IMG/VR virus record: IMGVR_UViG_3300045988_175328
Location: 160,001 to 224,000 of that record
Reading direction: 5' to 3' (one strand)
From: a virus
Length of the DNA: 64,000 bases
The translations under genes and the position numbers were made by a program. Positions 10,101-20,219 of this stretch are shown here, piece after piece (within the stretch, counting starts at the first letter, position 1; every line of letters starts with the position of its first letter). The notes below the pieces were generated by a model that made no database searches, was not told where the DNA came from, and saw only the letters and a program-made list of their open reading frames with translations.

Positions 10101-12141
10101 AGCTAAAGCTACTAAGGAAGAATTGGCTGCTAAAGCTAATGCAAGCGACTTAACTCCTTTAGCCACTAAAGAAGAAGTTAATACTAAAGCACAAGAATTA
10201 ACGACAGCTATCGAAGCTAAAACAACTCTTGATGCAGTGAAAGCAGTATATGATCCTAAGATCGAAACTATTAATTCTAAAGATGCTGAGCAAGATGCTA
10301 AGATTCAAGCTAATACTACAGCTCTTGAAGGTAAAGCTAATACATCTGCTTTAGAAACATTAGCAACAAAAGAAGAGGTTGCTGGCAAAGCCGACAAATC
10401 TCAATTGTTAGCTCTTGCTACTAAAGAAGAATTAGCTCTTAAAGCAGATGCTGCTACATTATCTTCTTACTTAACTGGCGAACAAGCTACTGGCTTATAT
10501 GCTCCAAAAGAAGCAACAGCTAATGCTATTGAAGAAGTTAAACGAGATGTTACTACAATTCGTGATACCACAATCGATGCAAAAGTAACAGCTAAACTTG
10601 GCGAAGAATTACCAAAATACCAATTAAAAGGTAATTATGTAACTCGTGAAACTGCTGACGCTACATACCAACCTATCGGTCAATATGTAACGACAGAAAA
10701 AGCTAATGAACTTCATCAAGAAGCATTAGGTAAAGCAGCCGAAGCTAAATCTGCAGCCGATACTGTAACAAATACTGTAACGACTACTCTTCCAACTCTT
10801 GCAACTAAAGAAGAAGTTGGCACCGCTAAAACTGAAGTTCTTTCTTCTGTTGAAGCTGGATACGTTAAAAAAACTGCTCTTGCTGATTACGTTACAACTG
10901 CAAAACATACAGAAGACTTAACAACTAAAGAAACTGAGATTAAAGCCTTCGCCGAAGAAACTTATCTTAAAAAATCTGACGCTAAAAAAGTTGGTCTTAC
11001 TGAACAAGATGTTGACAGCATTGTCGATAATAAATTAGTTGATGTTAAAGAAGCTGTAAAAACAGTAACAGAAATCAAAGCTAATGTCGGTAAAAATCAA
11101 TCTAGCGTAGAAGGCATTATTGCTACTTTATCTGAAAAAGCATCGAAAGAAGAAACTAAAGATCTTGCATCTAAAGTTCTTTTAAATCAAACTAAAGAAG
11201 CATTAGAACAATCTATCCAAGCTCAAGTTCAAGCTTTAGCTGAAGCTAAACAAGCATTAGAACAAGCTATTTCTTCTCAACATGATTCTGATATCGCGGC
11301 ATTCCAAACTAAAGCTGATTTCGCGACATGGTTAACTGATACTTATACAGCAGCTATTAATCAAATCAAAACTGATATGATGACAGCTGAAAAAACTGGT
11401 ACAGCTATCGACGAAAAATTAAAAACTTTCCGCACAACATTAGATTCTGTATTCCAACCTATCGGTGATTACATTACTCGTGAAGAGTTTAATCGCAACA
11501 CTCCTGGTTATATCACTAAAACAGAATCTGATCGTTTGTATCAAGGTATTGGTAACTATGCAACAGCTACTGATGTTGAATCTCAAATCAATGCTGTTAA
11601 ACAAACTATTCAAGGTATTCAATCTGCAGCTAATAATGCATTAACTCTTGATGGAGCTAAAGCAGTATTCGCGTTGAAAGGTGATTATTTCACTCGTGCC
11701 GATCTTGAAACTATTGCTAAAGATTCTGCTTTTGCAACAGTTATCAATCAAGCGATTGCTTCTCAAAACTTCTTAGACTCTGCAACAGCAGAATCTCGTT
11801 ACCAACGTAAAGGTAATTTTGCAACAAAAGAAGAAGTTCAACAATTAATCGATGGCGCAGGATTATCCTCTGATCAAAGTGCAGCTCTTGCTAAACTTGA
11901 AGGTTTCGATAAAGCAAACTATGTTCTTAAAGAAACTTACGATACTAAAGTTCAAGCTCTTCAAGCTGAGATCGATGCTCTTAAATCTAAACCAGCAGTA
12001 GCACAATCTGGTGCAGCTGCTACTCGTCCATCTCAAAATCTAGTTGCTGGACAAATGTTCTTCAATACTGACACAAAAGCAATGGAATACTACGATGGCA
12101 CTCAATGGGTATCTCCATTAACAGCTACTCGTATTTCTTAA
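7129..12141 (+). CDS. Giant (1670 aa) Ala/Lys/Glu-rich coiled-coil tail fibre protein
   Basis: Long uninterrupted ORF; heptad-like A/K/E segments, repeats LATKEELAAKANASDLTS, YLKK/YQPKGEY motifs; C-terminal GQMFFNTDTKAMEYYDGTQW. Confidence 0.85.
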   Translation: MLKSRIHFGLYDPRKDRGINFNGGNGGSVTPSAPTTDLTDLSNAVKAADQAVKAAEQKLAETKATADSNKEKTAENNSLAKAAQAAADVAKASAELAKAEAAAAKAKGEEAVGLANAGTAKANEVEAKAQEAKVAADAAKEAADAAKAAIEEVKALAQEAKQKAEQAAAGNATPSAPASDPAAARKAEEAKQEAAAAKAAVEEAKPKVEAAKQAADEAKAKAEELGPKIEEAKTLARKAQEDANLAKAGLEEVKPKIDAAKQTAEDAKTKADEAKAAIDGLKEKNDELKQKVNEALTAVQGQNDGISEAKTKAADALGKANETLQKFPVLDAKVDTAKEVAEAAKAKANEVEAIANAANEAALATNRAISELTPKVEEAKTLATEAKEKANEVEGKATEAKTAAGEATAKAEAADTKAQGVKEAVDTLKQEIAADKENIKATYLPKTEAAAMYQPKGEYVSLTELAEKIREANDGDLKATDADAKYATKAEIEALNKAMTPEAVAQIKKAIQVLQDNPDLMEQIAKKANADTVYTKEQMDHDLQELRKLITDLETKVKEPGEAPDLTQFVKLSELSEKVLALVDLTPYLTKEEAERTYLKKVDLPDIEAIKTQLATKLDESALQTVTQTLELLVTDVQANKADVLKYKQQITEANDNAAAAKAKAEGLEPRVAGIEEKQEFVKRTVMEASAKADAAGGQIQSIREFIDNLHVPEVSGFATKKEVAGKADKSQLEALATKEELGAKANASDLTSLATKEEVAAKANASDLTSLATKEEVAAKANASDLTSLATKEELQAKANASDLTSLATKEELATKANASDLTPLATKEEVNAVDTKATGLTTRVETLENATHFTKAEADEAYQPKGEYALKSQLDAIAGLDSATVEKLKAMLTDLEANGNVAAIVEKLGKVYTKEEANGLLAALATKEEIADVVKSPALAALKQELETAIEANATKEELAAKANASDLTPLATKEELTAKAQELTTVIEAKATKEELAAKANASDLTPLATKEEVNTKAQELTTAIEAKTTLDAVKAVYDPKIETINSKDAEQDAKIQANTTALEGKANTSALETLATKEEVAGKADKSQLLALATKEELALKADAATLSSYLTGEQATGLYAPKEATANAIEEVKRDVTTIRDTTIDAKVTAKLGEELPKYQLKGNYVTRETADATYQPIGQYVTTEKANELHQEALGKAAEAKSAADTVTNTVTTTLPTLATKEEVGTAKTEVLSSVEAGYVKKTALADYVTTAKHTEDLTTKETEIKAFAEETYLKKSDAKKVGLTEQDVDSIVDNKLVDVKEAVKTVTEIKANVGKNQSSVEGIIATLSEKASKEETKDLASKVLLNQTKEALEQSIQAQVQALAEAKQALEQAISSQHDSDIAAFQTKADFATWLTDTYTAAINQIKTDMMTAEKTGTAIDEKLKTFRTTLDSVFQPIGDYITREEFNRNTPGYITKTESDRLYQGIGNYATATDVESQINAVKQTIQGIQSAANNALTLDGAKAVFALKGDYFTRADLETIAKDSAFATVINQAIASQNFLDSATAESRYQRKGNFATKEEVQQLIDGAGLSSDQSAALAKLEGFDKANYVLKETYDTKVQALQAEIDALKSKPAVAQSGAAATRPSQNLVAGQMFFNTDTKAMEYYDGTQWVSPLTATRIS
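9331..9620 (+). repeat. In-frame tandem repeats encoding (L)ATKEE(L/V)xAKANASDLTSL
   Basis: At least five consecutive near-identical 18-aa units; further copies near 10000-10170. Confidence 0.9.
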
Positions 12142-12157
12142 TCTAATTATTAATTAA

Positions 12158-12186
12158 GAGGCGGTTTAACTGCCGCCTCTTTTTTA
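12158..12186 (+). terminator. Intrinsic terminator
   Basis: GAGGCGG-tttaact-GCCGCCTC-TTTTTT. Confidence 0.85.
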
Positions 12187-12204
12187 CTTAAGAAAGGAAA
12201 TTTT

Positions 12205-13125
12205 ATGTCAGAAAAAGACGTTAAAAAAATTGCGTTCTGTTCTTTAGATGAATATAAAACAATTCAAAAAGAAGAAGGAACGGAATATATTATCGACGCT
12301 GCCGATATTTCTGAAGCGATTACAAATAGTGACGCAATTGATCCTGGGCATTCATCAGAAAGCCATACGTCTAAAGAAGAGGTATGTAAATTTCCAGTTT
12401 TTGTTAGAAGATTTTTTGTCCGAAAAGAATCTGATGAAGAAGGCGCTAGTTATTTTTGTGTAGATGTTCATAAAACTTTTGGCGGGTATAAACAAGAATT
12501 AAAAAGTGATAATTATTTTTATTTATCAAAAAGTCATTTTTCTAATATTGATTTTTCTACTAATTCTCATTTTGAACATACTGTAAAAACAATTACATCT
12601 TATGGAAAAAAATATTATATTCATTATTTTAAGATGATCCCACATTCTGGAGCAGAAAGCTCAGCCTTTACTATGGGAAGCTATAAGAGTAAATATAATA
12701 TTTATTTGTCTACTTCTTTAAATGTTCCATCTGATTATATTAAAATTTATGAATCATATAATTTAGATAACATCAGTATTTATAATGAAGAACTTGATCT
12801 TGAGCCATATATTTATCTTGATGATATGAAGTATGGTTATACTCAACCGTTTATTATAGAAGCTACCTCTGAAGAAATTCCAGAACAGTATCGAGAAAAA
12901 TTTGAAGAATATAAACATAAATTCATAGATCATTTCAATCAATCTAAAATGAAATTTTATGTTATACCAAAAGAATATGGTAAGTACATTAATATCGACG
13001 AGCGAGATTTTCAAGATTCAAAGTTATTCGAAAAAGATATTTTTTTTGATAATTACAATAACATTCCTGAAGATCAAGAGTATTTATTTTTAATGATGTA
13101 TTTTCAAGAATTTAAATTAAATTAA
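12205..13125 (+). CDS. Putative receptor-binding/fibre protein with conserved N-terminal module
   Basis: N-terminus MSEKDVKKIAFCSLDEYKTIQKEEGTEYIIDAADISEAITNSDAI shared with next gene. Confidence 0.45.
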   Translation: MSEKDVKKIAFCSLDEYKTIQKEEGTEYIIDAADISEAITNSDAIDPGHSSESHTSKEEVCKFPVFVRRFFVRKESDEEGASYFCVDVHKTFGGYKQELKSDNYFYLSKSHFSNIDFSTNSHFEHTVKTITSYGKKYYIHYFKMIPHSGAESSAFTMGSYKSKYNIYLSTSLNVPSDYIKIYESYNLDNISIYNEELDLEPYIYLDDMKYGYTQPFIIEATSEEIPEQYREKFEEYKHKFIDHFNQSKMKFYVIPKEYGKYINIDERDFQDSKLFEKDIFFDNYNNIPEDQEYLFLMMYFQEFKLN

Positions 13126-13134
13126 TAGGTAAAG

Positions 13135-14079
13135 ATGTCTCAAGATAAAGTAAATAAAATTGTATTTTGTTCTTTAGATGAGTATAAAACTCTAAGTAAG
13201 GAAGAAAATACAGGATATATAATCGATGCTAAAGATGTCTCTGAGGCTATTACAAACAGTGATACTATAGAATCTGGTGGACATAGTTCTGAAGGTCATT
13301 CTGTCGATCCGAATCAAGAACCTGATTTTATCTGGCTGCCACATCTTTATAAAAAGTTTGATTTACAAAATGTAAAAGAGCCAGCATCTTTAGAATATGA
13401 AACGAATAATCCAAGTAGAATTGGGTATGCGAAACCAGTTATTTTTCAAGGGACATTAAAAAATAAGCAAATACAATTACTCGATAATGTAATTAATTAC
13501 GATGCTTTAACTGAAGTTAATATCGGCAATATTTCAATCGACAAATTTAATAATTTGTCTCTTTTGAGGATTCCACTAAATAAAGAGAAGTTGCCCTTTT
13601 TCTTTAAAGGCAATACTCAAGAGAAAATTTTTCCTGTGTTATCTACACTTTCTGAGTCTACTTCTTCTTCTGAATTTCCAATTCCTTTTGTTTATTATTC
13701 TGTAGGAGAATCTAGTTCATTTTCCTTTTCTGCTAATGATCGGGACTATTATTTTAGCAATCCTATATATAATTCTACCGATAAAACATCTGAATGGAGT
13801 TTTTATCTTGATGAAGAAAGAAATTATTACATTCAAAGTTCTTTTATCGAAACAAAAGAAATAAAAGAAATGCAAGATGGACCAGAAAAAGAAGCAGCTA
13901 AAAAAGAAAGAAAAACAAAGCTAGTTGAAAAGCTAAAGAATCAGAATAATTTATTTTACTTCTGTGGAGTCGATTATTTCCAATTTAGTAATATTCAAGA
14001 GCCTCCTGATGCTGAAAATTTTAATTGGTTTAACATTGGAGATTTAAAAGTACGATTCAAAAAACTTCACCGTTCCTAA
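13135..14079 (+). CDS. Putative receptor-binding/fibre protein, paralogous N-terminus
   Basis: MSQDKVNKIVFCSLDEYKTLSKEENTGYIIDAKDVSEAITNSDTI; C-terminal part unrelated to previous. Confidence 0.45.
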   Translation: MSQDKVNKIVFCSLDEYKTLSKEENTGYIIDAKDVSEAITNSDTIESGGHSSEGHSVDPNQEPDFIWLPHLYKKFDLQNVKEPASLEYETNNPSRIGYAKPVIFQGTLKNKQIQLLDNVINYDALTEVNIGNISIDKFNNLSLLRIPLNKEKLPFFFKGNTQEKIFPVLSTLSESTSSSEFPIPFVYYSVGESSSFSFSANDRDYYFSNPIYNSTDKTSEWSFYLDEERNYYIQSSFIETKEIKEMQDGPEKEAAKKERKTKLVEKLKNQNNLFYFCGVDYFQFSNIQEPPDAENFNWFNIGDLKVRFKKLHRS

Positions 14080-14098
14080 TTAATAGAAAGAGATACCG

Positions 14099-14452
14099 TT
14101 GAGCTTACTTAGTTTTACCTTCGCAGAGATTCTATCCCTCGTCATTGGTTGTATCACTATTTGCGGTACAATCATTGGGGCCTACGACAAACGGATCTCT
14201 GTCTTACGAGACAATGAAATACTTAAACTTCGTCTCGAATTAGAATCAGTTTATAAAGACAATCGACATACCGTCGAAATGAATACTGACGCTATCAATA
14301 CATTAGCTCTCAGTATTAATAAGCTTAATGAAGCCGTTGACTTAATGCAAGAAAAAATGGTTAATTTAACGGCTGAGCAAAGCGCAGTCAAAGAGTCTCT
14401 TAAAATTGCGCATAAACGTATCACAGAGCTCCACGACTATCACCATCAATAA
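14099..14452 (+). CDS. Small membrane-anchored coiled-coil protein (XhlA-like; TTG start)
   Basis: N-terminal TM helix (ILSLVIGCITICGTIIGAY) followed by coiled coil, next to holin/amidase. Confidence 0.5.
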   Translation: MSLLSFTFAEILSLVIGCITICGTIIGAYDKRISVLRDNEILKLRLELESVYKDNRHTVEMNTDAINTLALSINKLNEAVDLMQEKMVNLTAEQSAVKESLKIAHKRITELHDYHHQ

Positions 14453-14458
14453 TATTTC

Positions 14459-14493
14459 GGGCGGGATATTATCATATATCTCGCCCCTTTTTA
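14459..14493 (+). terminator. Intrinsic terminator
   Basis: GGGCGGGATAT...ATATCTCGCCCCTTTTT. Confidence 0.8.
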
Positions 14494-14506
14494 CTAACAA
14501 AAAGGA

Positions 14507-16885
14507 TTGTTAATGTCAGAAAATATTAAAGATATTCGATTAGTTACTGCCGAAAAATATAAAGAGTTTACGACAGATAATATATCTGACGATAACATTG
14601 CATATCTTATCAATTCTGGTGAACTTCTTCTTAAAACAGAATTTGATACGTTCAAAGAAACAGTTCCGACAAAAGAACAAGTTTCTTCGACATATGCAGA
14701 AAAAACATCTTTAGCTCCTTACGAAACTAAAGAGAATGCCGAAGCTCTTTATTTAAAAAAGAGTGACGCAGAAACTACGTATTTGCAACCAAAAGATTTA
14801 GAAAATATTCCTAAAAAATCTGACTTAAATCTATATCTTACAAAAGAATCGGCTTCTTCTGCTTACGCGACAAAAGAAGAAATAGGTACTTTTATTACGA
14901 CAGAAACTGCAGAGAGAGCTTTTCTAAAAAAAGAAACTGCCGATTCTACGTATGCAGCAAAATCTGAAATTCCAGATGTAAGCTCTTTTCTTACAAGTAA
15001 AACGGCAGAAGAAACATACGCTAAAAAAGATCAGCTCAATAATTTATTAACGACAGATGTCGCTGACTCTACGTATTTAAAACAAGACACTGCGTCTTCT
15101 ACATATGCATTAAAATCAGAGATTCCGGCTTTAGATCCGTATGTAACAAAAGATTCAGCGAACTCTACATATGCCTTAAAAACAGATCTTAACAATATAC
15201 CGACAGAAGCATCTATTTCTGAAACATACGTAAAGAAAACAGATCTTAACCTCGATACATATGTAACGAAAGATACAGCGTCTTCTACTTACGCGACAAA
15301 AGAAGAGTTAACTCCTCTTTTAAGATCTGCTTCTGCCGAAGAAACGTACCTTAAAAAAGCTGACCTTAATCTTGATCCATACTTAACTAAAGATACGGCT
15401 TCTTCCTCTTATGCGACTAAAAATGAAATCGCTAATTTCTTAACGGAAACATCTGCCGATTCTTCTTATGCTAAGAAAGAAGAGTTAACTCCTCTTTTAA
15501 CAACAGCCGCTGCCGAAGAAACATATCTTAAGAAGAATGATGTTCATCTCGATACATATCTTACAAAAGATACAGCATCTTCAACTTATGCATTAAAAAC
15601 AGATCTTACTCCATTTGTGACAACTGAATCTATTGAAGCTACTTATTTAAAGAAATCTGATAGCGAAAATTTCTTAACTAAGAATATTGCTTCTTCTACA
15701 TACTTAAGTAAAACTGATGCTGAGTCTCTTTACATTCCTAAAACAGAAGAACAATCTTTCTTAAAAACAGAAACTGCAGATTCTGTATATTTAACTAAAA
15801 ATGATGCAGAGTCTACTTATATGAAAAAAGGATCGGCGCTAACTGAAGAAGAAGCGAATTCTCTTTTCGCCAAAAAATCAGAAATCCCGACTGGTTATGC
15901 TGCGCAATCAGAAGTAGAATCGACATACTTAAAAAAATCTGATGCAGAGTCCACGTATTTAAAGACAGCAACGGCTGCTTCTACGTACGCATTAAAATCT
16001 CAGATTCCTTCTGCCGATACGTTCGTAACGAAAGAATCGGCTGAAAAAACATATTTAAAATCTGCTGATGCTGATACTAAGTATGCTTTAAAATCTGAGG
16101 TTGGTTCTTCTACAGCAAGCGGTTCTTTTACAAAAGAAATAGCCGATAACACATATTTATCGAAAGAGACTGCAGAATCTACATACTTAAAAACAGCAAC
16201 AGCTGCTTCTACGTATGCGTTAAAATCTAGTATCCCTTCCTTATCTGATTATTTAACAAAAGATTCGGCGGCATCTACATATTTAACGACCGCAAAGGCC
16301 GATGAAGTTTATCAAAAAAAATCAGAATTAATTACTGCTCTTGATAACTATGTTACAAAAAAACTTGCGAACGAAACTTTTGTTACACAAGATTCTTTAA
16401 ATAAACAAAAAGTTCTACTTCATTCTATAAAAGAAATTACTCCGCAAGGCGTTAAAGGTACTGCTAAGATTTCTTTTAATCGTACTGATAATATTGTTCA
16501 AGTAACATTTGGCGGTCTTTCTTGGGGCATGTTCAATGTTCTTCCATTTGATCAACTCAAGAAAACTCGTGAAGTAAATGGATATAAATGGTTCATGTTC
16601 ACGAAAACAAGCAACAACCGAGATTACACTCATACTCATGTTGTTCCTGAAGGATATCGATCTGAAGGTTCCGTCATTACAACAATCTGTCTCGATAGCG
16701 GCGAACCGATCGGAACTATGTATCTCGGCGGCAAAGATGATATGAATATTATTGTACTTCGTATTGCTAACGATAAAGTACAAAGTGCTCTTGACAAAGG
16801 ATTCCGAGTATCCCCAGCATTCTATCTTACTACCGATGCTCTTCCTCAAGAAACACGCGGTAATAAAATTCAGGTACCACAATAA
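14507..16885 (+). CDS. Repeat-rich tail fibre protein (792 aa)
   Basis: More than 20 degenerate ~20-aa repeats of type YLTKDTASSTYALKTDL; distinct globular C-terminal domain. Confidence 0.8.
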   Translation: MLMSENIKDIRLVTAEKYKEFTTDNISDDNIAYLINSGELLLKTEFDTFKETVPTKEQVSSTYAEKTSLAPYETKENAEALYLKKSDAETTYLQPKDLENIPKKSDLNLYLTKESASSAYATKEEIGTFITTETAERAFLKKETADSTYAAKSEIPDVSSFLTSKTAEETYAKKDQLNNLLTTDVADSTYLKQDTASSTYALKSEIPALDPYVTKDSANSTYALKTDLNNIPTEASISETYVKKTDLNLDTYVTKDTASSTYATKEELTPLLRSASAEETYLKKADLNLDPYLTKDTASSSYATKNEIANFLTETSADSSYAKKEELTPLLTTAAAEETYLKKNDVHLDTYLTKDTASSTYALKTDLTPFVTTESIEATYLKKSDSENFLTKNIASSTYLSKTDAESLYIPKTEEQSFLKTETADSVYLTKNDAESTYMKKGSALTEEEANSLFAKKSEIPTGYAAQSEVESTYLKKSDAESTYLKTATAASTYALKSQIPSADTFVTKESAEKTYLKSADADTKYALKSEVGSSTASGSFTKEIADNTYLSKETAESTYLKTATAASTYALKSSIPSLSDYLTKDSAASTYLTTAKADEVYQKKSELITALDNYVTKKLANETFVTQDSLNKQKVLLHSIKEITPQGVKGTAKISFNRTDNIVQVTFGGLSWGMFNVLPFDQLKKTREVNGYKWFMFTKTSNNRDYTHTHVVPEGYRSEGSVITTICLDSGEPIGTMYLGGKDDMNIIVLRIANDKVQSALDKGFRVSPAFYLTTDALPQETRGNKIQVPQ

Positions 16886-17145
16886 TGAAAAATCTTTTTA
16901 AAATGATGCTCTATGAAAACGATCAGTTAAGCTACACACGAATCATTTCGTTCACTTTACTTTTACTGCTTGTATTCGTAACACTTTATCTTGTAATTTC
17001 TGATACGGCTTGGCAGCATTATGAGACACTTGCCGGCATTGCTGGCGGCGGATCAACAGCTACACAAGTCGCGAATAAATTAATTAACAGTAAATACAAT
17101 TCGGCAGTTGGATCTTACGAACAAAAAAGCGATCGAGAAATATGA
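16885..17145 (+). CDS. Holin-like small membrane protein
   Basis: 86 aa, one strong TM segment (IISFTLLLLLVFVTLYLVI), adjacent to endolysin. Confidence 0.5.
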   Translation: MKNLFKMMLYENDQLSYTRIISFTLLLLLVFVTLYLVISDTAWQHYETLAGIAGGGSTATQVANKLINSKYNSAVGSYEQKSDREI

Positions 17146-18350
17146 GAAAAATAAAAGCACCAAAATTAAAAATTAATGTGCTTTCCTCTGAAGACTTTAA
17201 GAGAGCGTCGACAAACGCTCTCTTTAAAGATAGCGAAGTATATATCCTCTCGAAGGACTCCATACTGGATCTTTACCGAGATTTAACTTCGCTCTCTCAA
17301 GGAAAGCAAACTAAATTACATCCGAAAAATACTTCGATTCTTTTATCGCCGAACGGCGAGATCGAAGCTAATATAGATTTATCTCCGTACTACACACGAT
17401 CCGAAGCGTTAAAACAATTCGTATCACGTAGCGAACAGCCCGATAATAGCTACTATTCTAATTTAGTACGGGATTTCTTTAAAGCCGATAAGATTAAAGG
17501 CGCCGGTCTTATTAATGTGACTCGGAATGAAGATGTTTACACCGTATCGTCTTCAATGCCGTTCTCGTTTGATAATAACCGCATCCATATTGGCGACGGT
17601 ACTGGCGGTAATGCCGGTACAACAATTGGCCATAACTCTTCGGCACAGCATTCTAATTCTGTAGCTCTTGGCTCCGATTCGGTTGCTACGCTTCCGAATG
17701 AAGTATCGGTTGGCAACTCTCAAACTAAACGTAAAATTACGAATGTCGATAAAGGTGTTGAACCAACTGATGTCGTAACGGTAGCTCAATTACAAGAAGC
17801 AATTAATACTGTTAAAAATAATCTTACGAATATTGCTTCTCAGCTTTATCCGATCGGGGCTGTTTACATTACAGTACTTACTCATAACCCGACCGATCTT
17901 TTCGGTGGTCAGTGGGTTAAGCTTCCGGCCGGCAAAATGCTTATTAATGAAGGCGACGGATTTAATCTTAATGAAATCGGCGGCGAGAAAGAGCATGTAT
18001 TAACTGAAGCCGAGATGCCAGGGCATGCACATGTATTAGATGGCAAAGGAAGAATTCAAACAAATACTGTTGAACTAAAGGGGAATATCTCTTATTCTCA
18101 ATCTGGTGACAATGGAGGTGGCTTAGCTAAATATAGATCATCTAATGGTATTGTTAAAGTTGAATCTTATTACGGAGAACAGACAAGAAAAGGTGATAGT
18201 GGAGATTCTGCTATTAATCTTAATATTGATGCTTCTCACTCTCATATATTAGATTTGTCTTCTCTATCAATGCAACGAGCCGGCTCCTCTGTGGCTCATA
18301 ACAATATGCCACCATATCTTGTCGTTAATATGTGGAAACGTGTCGGTTAA
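17142..18350 (+). CDS. Tail fibre / tail-collar-like protein
   Basis: YPIGAVYITVLTHNPTDLFGGQWVKLPAGKMLINEG...MPGHAHVLDG...NMPPYLVVNMWKR is a collar-type domain; preceded by YadA-like 'GHNSSAQHSNSVALGSDSVA'. Confidence 0.75.
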   Translation: MRKIKAPKLKINVLSSEDFKRASTNALFKDSEVYILSKDSILDLYRDLTSLSQGKQTKLHPKNTSILLSPNGEIEANIDLSPYYTRSEALKQFVSRSEQPDNSYYSNLVRDFFKADKIKGAGLINVTRNEDVYTVSSSMPFSFDNNRIHIGDGTGGNAGTTIGHNSSAQHSNSVALGSDSVATLPNEVSVGNSQTKRKITNVDKGVEPTDVVTVAQLQEAINTVKNNLTNIASQLYPIGAVYITVLTHNPTDLFGGQWVKLPAGKMLINEGDGFNLNEIGGEKEHVLTEAEMPGHAHVLDGKGRIQTNTVELKGNISYSQSGDNGGGLAKYRSSNGIVKVESYYGEQTRKGDSGDSAINLNIDASHSHILDLSSLSMQRAGSSVAHNNMPPYLVVNMWKRVG

Positions 18351-18367
18351 TACGAAAGGATTTCTTA

Positions 18368-18925
18368 ATGCAATTAACTAAAGATCAATTACTTAATACA
18401 TGCGAAGAACAAGGCTATAATAATACAAAGATTACTCTTCATTGGTCAGCCGGCCATTATGATCAGTTATTCGATGACTATCATCTTTGTATCGATGGTA
18501 ATGGTAACTTCCATCAGATGAAAGATTTTAGTGAAGTCGGCGCCCATTGCTATCGTGAGAATACGAATAACTTCGGCATCTCGGTATGCTCGAACTACAA
18601 TTCCGGCCTCTACGAAAACTCTCCGGGATATTTTACGTACGAACCAGGACCAGAACCTGTTAATTATAATCAACTCGAATCGCTTGCACATGCTGTAGCC
18701 GTATGCTGCGTTACTTGGGGATTACCGTTATCGCAAGTATTTACTCACGGCGAACGTTGTTTAATTCGTCAAGACCTCTACGACTACGAAACAGAACGTT
18801 GGGATCTCGATATCCTCGTTCCAGAATGTCACGTACGCAAGACATCGCCAACGACAACATCTGGTGGCGACTGGATTCGTAACCGAGCACGAGAACTTGC
18901 TAAGAGCTGGGGGACGGAGCTCTAA
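18368..18925 (+). CDS. N-acetylmuramoyl-L-alanine amidase-type endolysin
   Basis: ITLHWSAGHYDQLFDDYHLCIDGNGNFHQ...VGAHCYRENTNNFGISV...THGERC; track start 18332, SD-supported ATG at 18368. Confidence 0.8.
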   Translation: MQLTKDQLLNTCEEQGYNNTKITLHWSAGHYDQLFDDYHLCIDGNGNFHQMKDFSEVGAHCYRENTNNFGISVCSNYNSGLYENSPGYFTYEPGPEPVNYNQLESLAHAVAVCCVTWGLPLSQVFTHGERCLIRQDLYDYETERWDLDILVPECHVRKTSPTTTSGGDWIRNRARELAKSWGTEL

Positions 18926-19890
18926 TGGCTCTTAACGATTACGAGTTCTCGGTACGAGAAACCGAGCCAAAACGTGCCGAGATGCTCAATCGTCTTAAAA
19001 ACGAAATCGGAGAATTAACAAAAGATACAATTATTAATACTAATGAAGATACTCCCGATACTCAGTTTAATGACGATAAGGCATTATCGGCGGCGCTGGC
19101 CTTCTCGAAATTCCCGACAAAAGAAAAATTAAACAATGAATACTATAATAAGCCGGCGGTCGATAATTTAATTAATCAGATCCTTGCAAATAAACTCCCA
19201 GAATTAAAGGCTCTTTTTATGGAGGAGCTAAATAAGCATCGACATGCCGACCCGATCGATCATCCCGATATCCCGGGATCGAAGATCATCGATCATTCGA
19301 TCACGCGTGATAAGCTTGCATTCCAAATCTCGTTCGAGAATTCATGGCCTATCGGATCGATCTATATGACGACGGTCGATACTAACCCAGCAACTCTCTT
19401 CGGATTCGGTACGTGGACGAAAATCCCAGCCGGCAAAGTTCTCCTTTCCGAAGGTAATGATATGGGTACGATTTACACTAACGGTGAAACCGGCGGATCT
19501 AAAGAGATCTCGATCGACAAATCTTTCGTTCCGTATCACACGCACACAATGCAAGATGGAAGTGGAGCTCATACGCACACCGGTAAGGTATCGAATAACG
19601 GCGATCATTTCCACGGATTCCAAGGCGAACATTGGGAATCATATGCGCGTTTTGGAACATATGATAATAGTGAACGTGGCTATGGGTCTGCCGGAGGTAT
19701 TGATAACGACAATCTTGTCTACAAAACAACAACAGATGGCGCCCATACTCATACCCTTCAAATCGACCCGTCGACAGGATCTCATATCCACACAATTAAT
19801 CCGGCCGGAACTCAAACACAAGACGTAGTCGAAAAACACTCAATAATACAACCATATATCGTTTGCTATATGTGGAAACGCACTGCATAG
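18925..19890 (+). CDS. Tail-collar-like fibre protein
   Basis: WPIGSIYMTTVDTNPATLFGFGTWTKIPAGKVLLSEG...HTHT...IIQPYIVCYMWKRTA, paralogous to C-terminus of 17142-18350. Confidence 0.75.
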   Translation: MALNDYEFSVRETEPKRAEMLNRLKNEIGELTKDTIINTNEDTPDTQFNDDKALSAALAFSKFPTKEKLNNEYYNKPAVDNLINQILANKLPELKALFMEELNKHRHADPIDHPDIPGSKIIDHSITRDKLAFQISFENSWPIGSIYMTTVDTNPATLFGFGTWTKIPAGKVLLSEGNDMGTIYTNGETGGSKEISIDKSFVPYHTHTMQDGSGAHTHTGKVSNNGDHFHGFQGEHWESYARFGTYDNSERGYGSAGGIDNDNLVYKTTTDGAHTHTLQIDPSTGSHIHTINPAGTQTQDVVEKHSIIQPYIVCYMWKRTA

Positions 19891-19901
19891 TATATCTTAA
19901 T

Positions 19902-19943
19902 CCTCCCTTACTTCTTAACTGGAGTAAGGGAGGTATTTTTTTT
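19902..19943 (+). terminator. Strong intrinsic terminator
   Basis: CCTCCCTTACT...AGTAAGGGAGG-TATTTTTTTT. Confidence 0.9.
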
Positions 19944-20219
19944 ATTAGTGTTAGGTGGGGTCTAGTGACGGTTCTTTTAATAAGGAAAGAAAATGAGTAT
20001 AAATATATATAAGATGGAGAGTACAGGCTGGCCGACATTTATGTCGATCAGTTAAGTGGAAGTGTAGTTAGAATGGGGGTTGTTGGGTCTTAAAATGGAA
20101 ATAATAAAATAAAGAGAAAAATAGCAAAACATATTCTGACTGAAATTTAGGAATAGTAATAAGAGTAATTTGTTTTGGTCGAAGTATTGTTTGCGAGACG
20201 GAAATAAATAAATGAATTT

